Part shown: positions 7,255-14,775 of the stretch, one piece after another | How the letters are laid out: each line of letters begins with the position of its first letter | Position numbering within the stretch: the stretch's first letter is position 1 | NCBI RefSeq assembly: GCF_001997385.1 | Contig: NZ_CP019633.1 | Coordinates: forward strand, 2,670,001 to 2,702,000 | Direction: 5' to 3' | DNA length: 32,000 nt | Source: Sedimentisphaera cyanobacteriorum | Lineage (GTDB): Bacteria > Planctomycetota > Phycisphaerae > Sedimentisphaerales > Sedimentisphaeraceae | Notes under the pieces: model-generated | What the model was told of the DNA's origin: nothing | What the model saw: the letters and a program-made list of their open reading frames with translations, nothing else | Database searches by the model: none | Translations under genes and position numbers: made by a program

Positions 7255-8079
7255 ATGCAAATGAAAAATAAATATCTTAAATTAAACAGCGCTTTTACGC
7301 TAATCGAATTGCTGGTGGTCATTTCCATTATCGCTTTGCTTATGGCCATCCTTATGCCGGCATTATCGCAGGCAAGGCAAATGGCAAAAACGCTTGTATG
7401 CGAGAGCAACATACGTGGTTTGAACGTTGCTTGGCATACCTACGCATCGGATAATGACAGCAAAATCCCAGGGGCAAACGTGTACAATCCTAAAGAGCAG
7501 GAGTGGATAGAGACACATAAATGGGACTGGGCTTGGGCTCCTTGGAACAGTGAAGGCCAAAGGGGCGGCGGGGCAATAATCGACAGTCCAACGATTGAGC
7601 ATCGCAAGGAAGGTATTCGGCTTGGAAGCCTCTTTCCTTACACTGAAAGCGTGGATCTTTATCACTGTCCTTCAGATAAATCAGGCAATTTCAGGACATA
7701 TTCTATTCCCGATTCACTTAACGGAAGTTTAGACTGGGGGTGGACTCATCTTGATCGGACTGTCCAGATTTCTTCTCCCAGCACTTCTTATAACTTTGTT
7801 GGAGAGTATGACGGCCGCAACTTTAATCGCGGCTCATGGGCACTTGGCCCTTATGAACAAAGATGGGAAGATCAAACCTGGCATGACCCGATTTCCGTGT
7901 GGCACAGAGGCAAGACGAATTTCGGTTATGTGGACGGCCATGTTGAAACAAGGGATTTGAGCGACGAAACTGTTGAAGCTTTTGAGCGTCTCAGAGCGCA
8001 TCCAGGGACATTTTCGCCCGTAACAGATGAAGGCAAAGCGGATATGAAGTATATACATGACGGTTGGCCTCAACCCTAA
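7255..8079 (+). CDS. Prepilin-type N-terminal cleavage/methylation domain protein with H-X9-DG motif (DUF1559-like pseudopilin family)
   Basis: N-terminus MQMKNKYLKLNSA|FTLIELLVVISIIALLMAILMPAL gives the type IV pilin/T2SS pseudopilin signature. C.SNI..L follows, as in DUF1559 proteins. HRGKTNFGYVDGH gives H-X9-DG at nt 7903-7938. The start is ambiguous: TTG 7228 in the track, ATG 7255, or ATG 7261. Confidence 0.8.
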   Translation: MQMKNKYLKLNSAFTLIELLVVISIIALLMAILMPALSQARQMAKTLVCESNIRGLNVAWHTYASDNDSKIPGANVYNPKEQEWIETHKWDWAWAPWNSEGQRGGGAIIDSPTIEHRKEGIRLGSLFPYTESVDLYHCPSDKSGNFRTYSIPDSLNGSLDWGWTHLDRTVQISSPSTSYNFVGEYDGRNFNRGSWALGPYEQRWEDQTWHDPISVWHRGKTNFGYVDGHVETRDLSDETVEAFERLRAHPGTFSPVTDEGKADMKYIHDGWPQP

Positions 8080-8242
8080 TAAACAGGTATGAAATAATAC
8101 GCCGGCCACTATTTAGCAGCCGAAGTAAAAAAAATTAATGTAAACAAAATCTTGAAAAATGTTTTTCAGGAATTAAACATTCCCTGTCAATTCTTTGGCA
8201 TAATATCAAGCAGTTAAACCTTACGGCAATTAGGATTAATTT

Positions 8243-11086
8243 ATGGCATTAAAAAAGCAAGCGGTTACAGCACTTCTCCTTTTGTATTATTTTTGCGGCA
8301 TCGCTGTTGGCGGTGAGGAATGGGTGGGCGGTGATACTGCAGCTAATTTGATTCTTAACGGAAGCGCTGAAAATGATTTTTATGGTTGGAATTATTCCTA
8401 TGGCGTGAGTATAGTTAATGACGGTACCGAAGGAGCTCACTGTTTTGAGCTAAAACGCGATTTCTCAGACCGTTACCAAGACCTTCGCAGCGATGAGATC
8501 AATGTTACTGGCTGCGGGGAAATAATGATTCGATTTGCCGTCATGGCAATGGATGGGGCAAGCAGCGACGGGCAAGTTGATGTTCGCTTTTCCAGTCATA
8601 ATGAATTTTTAGGACAGGAGCAGTTCGCAATTGATGCCGGAATTACTGAATGGACTTATGTTTCGCATATAGTTTCAGTGGAGGAAGGTGCTGATGTTAT
8701 GGATGTCCGGTTCTTAATTGATGAATCAACCGAGGGAACTTTTCTCATTGATGACATATCTGTTTACCGCGCACCTATGGATTTTGGTATTTCATCTCCC
8801 GAGCACCTCTATGTAATTGATTTTCATTCTAAATATCTAAATGATGCCAAACGAATAGCCCTTACTTCATTGCAGGGCATACTTGCGCAGAATAAGCCGG
8901 AGTTGTATTTTATAGATGGAGGCGGAAGGTATCAAATGTATCTGGATGACTTGAAAAACAGATATGGCATAACTGCCACCAGAAATGACTACCTGTCTTT
9001 TTACCTTGATAAGTACAAAGATGAGCTTGCTGGATACGTGCTTTATGATTTCGATGACGTTGATTCGTTCAGCGCAGCTATGTCTTTGGCGGGAGTGTTG
9101 AGGGCTGTACCTCTGGATATCTCGCTTGAAAGCGATGTAAATCGAAGATGGCCGGAGCTGCAAATGCTTGTTGACTGCAGAGGCAAAACAGAGCAATGGG
9201 TTTATCAAAATTATTGGCACAGGCTAAACCATAATGCAATAACTATTCAGGATACTGATCAGAGCAGCAGAAAGTTTTTCCTTCGGGATTTGGGAGCAGC
9301 TTCCAAGGCAATCTCATGGTGGAACAGCGACTACTCTGCAACCCAGCAGGTGTTTGAATCAATGAACCCTAATTCCTCTGTTTGGGGATGGGATAATCCG
9401 GCAGCCCCGGGCGAATTGAGCGCTGTTGATTTTCACAGCCAAAACAGTCTTTTTCAGGTGCCGGCAGACTGGATGCTTAACCTATCCACATTTGCAGGGA
9501 TGGCCTCTTATGAGCCGGAAATAGAATTGAAACATCCTGCGAGCGATAAGGAGTATGAAAAGAAAACTGATGTTCACCATGTTGCTTTTATGATGAGCGA
9601 TATGGACAATATCAACGTCGTGTTTCATCCGCTCTCACATTGGTTCGATCCTCAATATTTCGGCCAGTTTCCTATGGGCTGGGGCATGCAGGCTTCTATG
9701 GTTGAAGTAGGCCCTTCAGTGATGGATTGGTGGTACCGCAAAGCAGGGGATAATAATTCCTTCTCTGCATACTCAGGACAGGGATATATGTATCCTTCTA
9801 AATTCCCAGAGCTCGATAGTTATTCAACCGTACTTAATAGTTATATGAAAAAAGGCGACCTTGAGTCGATGGTGATTTTAGACAATTATTCGGATGGATG
9901 GGATAAACCTCTTACATTCAGCGGATACAAGGATTTTGCAGGCAAGTACACCCGCTTTGACAATTTAAAAGGGCTCTTCTATGTTGATGTGCAGGGTGAT
10001 TACGCCCGCTATGACGGGAAAATACTTTGGTTTGACGGTAAGCCTATGGTAGCCACGAGGTACACTTTATGGGATTCGCAGCAGTATGAAGGAGTCAGCC
10101 GAACAGGTGAACAATTGGCAAACAGTATCAATCAGTTAGCGGCAGATTCTACCAGTGAGGATGGTTATAGTTTTGTTATAGTCCACGCATGGAGTTATGG
10201 TCTTGAGCAGGTGCATAATGCTATTCAGAATTTGGATGAAAATGTCAGGGTTGTAACACCCGATGAAATGATAGATCAATTGTATTTTAACACCGATACA
10301 GCATACTGGCCGTTTGAATTAGATACTGAAAACCGCTTTGCGGATAATCATTCTTACGAAAAGTTCGGCGAGCCTGAATTTGTTGCTGAGGACAATGCCA
10401 AAAGAGGTATTAGTGGAATAAGTTTTGACGGCGATGACGACTGCATAGACTTTGGCAATCAAGCCGGCTCATCCGAATGGCTCACAGCAGCCTTCTGGAT
10501 GAAATCCAGAAGACTCCAGCTTCAGGTTCCCGTTGATAAGCTGCCTAACGATAACAGCGGCACCGGCTGGAATGTTAAATTGCGTGAGACCGGCGAGGTA
10601 TGGTTCCGCGTTGGCAGTGAATCCAATAATCAAACCATTATCGCACCAAACGGCTATTCGCCGGGTGAGTGGGTGCATGTAGCCTGTACGCTGAATGAAA
10701 ACGTAGGGCGGCTTTATATAAATGGCGAGCTTGCTGCAGAACGAACTGATATCGTTCATTCGCCGGCGAATACCTCTGTGCCGATTCGAATTGGAAAACC
10801 CGCAGAAGCTGCAGTTGAGGAAGCTTTCTTTGGCATACTTGACGATGTGGTTATCTACGGCAGACCGCTTTCCCACGAAGAAATTAGATCTCTTATGAAT
10901 GAAGGCCCCTGTTCTCCGTATCTTAAGGGTGATTTGAATAAAGACTGCCGGGTGAATAAGACAGATCTTTTGCAGTTTGGGAAAAGCTGGCTGGAAAACG
11001 GTGAAGGAATTTCTGCGGATATTGATCAAAATCAAAGCGTTGACCTCAGAGATTTTCCTTATTTGTCTGATGGCTGGGAAAAATAA
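8243..11086 (+). CDS. Secreted GxGYxYP-family putative glycoside hydrolase with N-terminal CBM-like module, C-terminal LamG and two-repeat dockerin-like tail
   Basis: Signal peptide, then NLILNGSAENDFYGW ... FLIDDISVY (CBM-like). The motif GQGYMYP lies at nt 9776-9796 (GxGYxYP). LamG-like segment: FDGDDDCIDFG...WVHVACTL...GRLYINGEL...FFGILDDVVIYGRPLS. The tail has two EF-hand-like repeats, DLNKDCRVNKTDLLQF and DIDQNQSVDLRDFPYL. Confidence 0.7.
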   Translation: MALKKQAVTALLLLYYFCGIAVGGEEWVGGDTAANLILNGSAENDFYGWNYSYGVSIVNDGTEGAHCFELKRDFSDRYQDLRSDEINVTGCGEIMIRFAVMAMDGASSDGQVDVRFSSHNEFLGQEQFAIDAGITEWTYVSHIVSVEEGADVMDVRFLIDESTEGTFLIDDISVYRAPMDFGISSPEHLYVIDFHSKYLNDAKRIALTSLQGILAQNKPELYFIDGGGRYQMYLDDLKNRYGITATRNDYLSFYLDKYKDELAGYVLYDFDDVDSFSAAMSLAGVLRAVPLDISLESDVNRRWPELQMLVDCRGKTEQWVYQNYWHRLNHNAITIQDTDQSSRKFFLRDLGAASKAISWWNSDYSATQQVFESMNPNSSVWGWDNPAAPGELSAVDFHSQNSLFQVPADWMLNLSTFAGMASYEPEIELKHPASDKEYEKKTDVHHVAFMMSDMDNINVVFHPLSHWFDPQYFGQFPMGWGMQASMVEVGPSVMDWWYRKAGDNNSFSAYSGQGYMYPSKFPELDSYSTVLNSYMKKGDLESMVILDNYSDGWDKPLTFSGYKDFAGKYTRFDNLKGLFYVDVQGDYARYDGKILWFDGKPMVATRYTLWDSQQYEGVSRTGEQLANSINQLAADSTSEDGYSFVIVHAWSYGLEQVHNAIQNLDENVRVVTPDEMIDQLYFNTDTAYWPFELDTENRFADNHSYEKFGEPEFVAEDNAKRGISGISFDGDDDCIDFGNQAGSSEWLTAAFWMKSRRLQLQVPVDKLPNDNSGTGWNVKLRETGEVWFRVGSESNNQTIIAPNGYSPGEWVHVACTLNENVGRLYINGELAAERTDIVHSPANTSVPIRIGKPAEAAVEEAFFGILDDVVIYGRPLSHEEIRSLMNEGPCSPYLKGDLNKDCRVNKTDLLQFGKSWLENGEGISADIDQNQSVDLRDFPYLSDGWEK

Positions 11087-11108
11087 ACTCTGCTGGAGTT
11101 TTTTTTTT
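11085..11108 (+). terminator. Rho-independent terminator after the 8243-11086 gene
   Basis: AAACTC-TGCTG-GAGTTT hairpin overlapping the TAA stop, followed by a T run through 11108. Confidence 0.6.
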
Positions 11109-11146
11109 GAGTTTGCAGGCAGTTTGAATTGTTCAAAAATAGTTTT

Positions 11147-11171
11147 GCTGATTAGTAATTGTGAAATCAGC
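11147..11171 (+). promoter_or_regulatory. Inverted repeat GCTGATT-N11-AATCAGC containing copy 2 of ATTGTGAAATCAGC (11158-11171)
   Basis: Perfect 7-bp arms are read directly from the sequence. A second palindrome, TTTGAA-TTG-TTCAAA, lies at 11123-11137. Both sit between a terminator and the GH116-like gene. Confidence 0.4.
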
Positions 11172-11311
11172 ATTTTTGATTAATAAATAAGTGATAAATT
11201 TTTAACTGGCTTAGGGTTTGCGATTAAAATTGAAAGCAGAGCTCTTTTATTGTAAGGAGCATCATTTTAATTGCTTCAATTTATCCAGACCTTAACTAAG
11301 AGGAGCAAATT

Positions 11312-14300
11312 ATGGAAGTGAAAAAATTAGCATGTTTTATTGTTGTCTGCGTTCTTGGAGCTGCTGCTTTGGCTGAAGAGATTGACTACGGGGCAGACGA
11401 AGTCAATGCGATGCAGGAACGAAGAGATATGGTTAAGGGCGGGAAGTCTGATTATAATTATTTGGCTTTAAAAAACCACAAAGGGCCGAGCGGTGTGCCG
11501 CTGGGCGGTATCGGGACAGGCTGCTTTGATATTGCTCCAAACGGAGCTTTCACTCGTATCGCTCTGAATAATACTCACGAAGCAGGAGTCTTGAAAGATG
11601 TGCAGGGCAGTTTCCTGGCTTTCTGGAACGGGGAAGATGCAAAACTCCTGCAGCGTAAAAGCGTTGCCGGTATGGATACGATAGACAACGTTACCTACAC
11701 AGGGCTTTTCCCAACAATCAAATGCGATTACGGCAATGGTGTTACACTAAACGCCTACTCCGGCCTAATCCCCCACAACATCAAAGATTCCTCGCTGCCT
11801 GTTGCATGGCTTGATGTTACTGTGAAAAATACAACCGGCAAAGACAGTGATTTCAGCGTTGCATTCTCATGGGAGGATGTAATTGCCAGAGGCATTTCTG
11901 ACTACGCTGACCCTTCTATATTCAATCAAGTAAGCAATAACGCGTGGAGCTTGAATACAGTAAAAGACAAGCATCCCGAAAAAGGCTTACAGCCTATGGA
12001 AAAACCTCAAACACGAGTAGTCCCGTTGGAAGTAGGCAGTTTTTCAGGGCTCTTGCAGTATTCAAAGAAGCTTAAACCTTCAAAAATGACCTACCAGAAC
12101 TACAACAACAAAACAGCAATTCTGGCTGAGAACAGTTCTGGTGTAAAAGTAAGCTTTCTTCCCGAATGGAAAGTTGATAATCCAAAAGCGTGGAAATCTT
12201 TTGTAAAGTCAGGCGAGTTTGAACCTGATATGAGCCAGCCTCTCTCCTCGCATGGCGAAGGAGCTGCTGCTTCGGCTGTTTCTATAAAAACGCATCTCAA
12301 GGCCGGAGAATCCAAAACGGTCCGTTTTATGCTGGCATGGTTTGCTCCCGAATACAAAATTGACCGTGAAAAAGCCGATCCAGTTACTTATTTCGGTTCT
12401 GCTGATTACTGCCGGTATTACCATAACTATTTCGATAATATTAAAGAGCTTGTTTCGTATGCAGCGAAAAATCGCTCGAGAATTCTCAACAAATCACGTG
12501 AATGGCATAAGCCGGTTCTCGATTCAACTATGCCTGACTGGCTCAAATTCAAGTTGATAAACAGCGGCTACGTTATTTATACAAACTCCATTCTCAACAA
12601 AGCTGGAGATTTCACCGTGATGGAGGGTATGATGGGCGGTTTGGCTGGTACTATGGACCAGCGGATGAGCTCGCATCCGTTCTTCCAGAAATTCTTCACA
12701 GAAATAGACCGTTCTGAAATGGAGCTGTTCGGTCATACGCCCGGTTCAATGGGGCAAATTCTGCACTTTGACGGCCACTACTACATCGGCATTGCCTCCA
12801 GAGACGGCCAAACTCCAACCCCGGAGGGCTGGATGCTTGATAATTCCGGCAGCTGGCTCGTGCAGCTTGCAAAAGAATATCAGCAGACAGGCGATTTAGA
12901 ATACATAGCCCAGTTCCGTGATGAGATTAAGGGAGCTGTTGCCTTTCTGAAAGAAAGAATGCTCTACGACTTGGAAATACCCGTTGGCTACACGACCTAT
13001 GACGATTTCTGGCATCCGGATATTTATTCATACACCGCAACAACTTATCCTGTCTTCATGGATGCTGCCGCTGTGCTTTTTGAGGCTCTGGGCGAGAATC
13101 AGCTTGCTCAAGAATGCCGTTATCAGAAGGAAAGAAGCGTTCAGGATGCTGTTAATTATTTGTGGAACGGTAAGTATTTTGCCTATGGATGCGATCCTGA
13201 CGGCACGAACCGCCTTGATGATGTGATGTTCAGCGGGCAGTTGGCAGGCCAGTTTGTTTCTCGTTATTGTCAGTGGAACGAGAATTTCCCTGTTGAGATG
13301 GTCAAATCTTCAATTATAGCCCAGCTTAAAACAAATGTTGGTAATTCGGTTGATTATTATGCACCTAAGGTATGGGATATTCCAGCCAAGCAGGCCGAGC
13401 AGGGCGATTACGGCAAGTCAACATGCTGGCCGTTTTATCTTGAAAGCTATACTGCTATGGCAGCAATGCAGGCAGGATTTCTGCAGGATGGGCTGGATAT
13501 TATGAAACACATCCAGCTTGTGCATCTGCGTAACGGCTGGACATGGACGCAAAATCTATGGCAGCCCGATGAGGTTACATATATGACAGCTCCGGTAACA
13601 TGGTTTGTAACAGATGTGCTGGCTGGAGCAGGCGTTGATGTTACAAAAAATACTCTGTACCTTGCTCCTGTTTCGATGGAAAAGCAGGGCAAGGTGCAGC
13701 TCCCGCTGTTCTATCCTAAATTCTGGGCTGTTGTAACGCTTGATAACAATAACAAAACTGCGAGCCTCAAAGTAACCAAAACCTTTGGCGAAGAGAAATA
13801 TAAAATCGATCGTTTAATCTGTCGTCCTGTTGGAAAGTCGTTTGCTCAGCAGAAGACTTTTGATATTAGCCCTGTAACCCTCAAGGCCGGAAAAACTATC
13901 GACTTATCTGAGTATTATAATGCAATTACAGATGCCGAAATACACGAACCTATTCTCGATAAAATTGAAGTAGTACCATTTAAAGAATATACGCCGGCAA
14001 AATCATTGAAGTATCCCGAGATAAAATCAGCTCAAGACTTCTTTATTGACAGCATTGAAGTAAGTATTGCTTCTGAGAAGGGCGATATATACTATACACT
14101 TGATGGGTCTGACCCAAAAGCTGAAGGTAAAAAATACACGAAACCTTTCAAAGTAGATACCGAGACAACTGTTCTTGCTGTCGCTTCCAGCGACGGTTTG
14201 TACAGTCCTGTCCAAAGCAAGACCTTTACCAAGGCCGAGCCTCTCTCTCCGGATCTTGAAAACCCCGTCCGATTCAGATATCAGCTTTATAAGGGGTATT

Positions 14301-14668
14301 TTCAGAAACTTCCGGACTTTGCATTTCTTGAGCCCGTTAAAAGCGGAATTGCAGTTGACAGCAATGTTAAGAGGTTTAGATTTAAGGACAATTTTGCGGT
14401 TCTCTATGAAGGCTCTGTTACGATCGAAAAAGATGGTGTTTATACTTTCAGCCTTCGTTCAGATGACGGCTCACGTTTAACTGTTGGCGGTAAAGTTCTG
14501 AGTAATGACGGCGTGCATGACGCCACAGACACAAAGACCATGACTGTTCCTCTAAGTAAAGGTATCTACTCGGTTAAGGTAGAATATTTTGAGAACGAAG
14601 GGGGAGAGCTGCTCGAGGTTAAATGGCAGCCATCCGGTTCTGATTCAAAAGAAGTTTCGCTTTTTTAA
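11312..14668 (+). CDS. GH116-like glycoside hydrolase (GBA2-type beta-glucosidase fold) with C-terminal chitobiase/Fn3-associated-like and PA14 domains
   Basis: GAGGAG RBS and a signal peptide. GVPLGGIGTGCFDIAPNGAFTR is the characteristic GH116 N-terminal motif. It is followed by a long (alpha/alpha)6-like region (TYDDFWHPDIYSY...). DIYYTLDGSDP matches a chitobiase C-terminal-like module. YQLYKGYF...GVYTFSLRSDDGSRLTVGGKVL...VEYFENEGGELLEVKW matches PA14. Confidence 0.65.
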   Translation: MEVKKLACFIVVCVLGAAALAEEIDYGADEVNAMQERRDMVKGGKSDYNYLALKNHKGPSGVPLGGIGTGCFDIAPNGAFTRIALNNTHEAGVLKDVQGSFLAFWNGEDAKLLQRKSVAGMDTIDNVTYTGLFPTIKCDYGNGVTLNAYSGLIPHNIKDSSLPVAWLDVTVKNTTGKDSDFSVAFSWEDVIARGISDYADPSIFNQVSNNAWSLNTVKDKHPEKGLQPMEKPQTRVVPLEVGSFSGLLQYSKKLKPSKMTYQNYNNKTAILAENSSGVKVSFLPEWKVDNPKAWKSFVKSGEFEPDMSQPLSSHGEGAAASAVSIKTHLKAGESKTVRFMLAWFAPEYKIDREKADPVTYFGSADYCRYYHNYFDNIKELVSYAAKNRSRILNKSREWHKPVLDSTMPDWLKFKLINSGYVIYTNSILNKAGDFTVMEGMMGGLAGTMDQRMSSHPFFQKFFTEIDRSEMELFGHTPGSMGQILHFDGHYYIGIASRDGQTPTPEGWMLDNSGSWLVQLAKEYQQTGDLEYIAQFRDEIKGAVAFLKERMLYDLEIPVGYTTYDDFWHPDIYSYTATTYPVFMDAAAVLFEALGENQLAQECRYQKERSVQDAVNYLWNGKYFAYGCDPDGTNRLDDVMFSGQLAGQFVSRYCQWNENFPVEMVKSSIIAQLKTNVGNSVDYYAPKVWDIPAKQAEQGDYGKSTCWPFYLESYTAMAAMQAGFLQDGLDIMKHIQLVHLRNGWTWTQNLWQPDEVTYMTAPVTWFVTDVLAGAGVDVTKNTLYLAPVSMEKQGKVQLPLFYPKFWAVVTLDNNNKTASLKVTKTFGEEKYKIDRLICRPVGKSFAQQKTFDISPVTLKAGKTIDLSEYYNAITDAEIHEPILDKIEVVPFKEYTPAKSLKYPEIKSAQDFFIDSIEVSIASEKGDIYYTLDGSDPKAEGKKYTKPFKVDTETTVLAVASSDGLYSPVQSKTFTKAEPLSPDLENPVRFRYQLYKGYFQKLPDFAFLEPVKSGIAVDSNVKRFRFKDNFAVLYEGSVTIEKDGVYTFSLRSDDGSRLTVGGKVLSNDGVHDATDTKTMTVPLSKGIYSVKVEYFENEGGELLEVKWQPSGSDSKEVSLF

Positions 14669-14775
14669 TCTGAAGTGGTTTTGCGCTCAAACTGTTTCTC
14701 AGTATAAAGTGCCGTTTTGGAAAACTGGCAAAGAAAGCGTGTAAAAGATATACAACTCGCTAAAAGGTGAATTTG

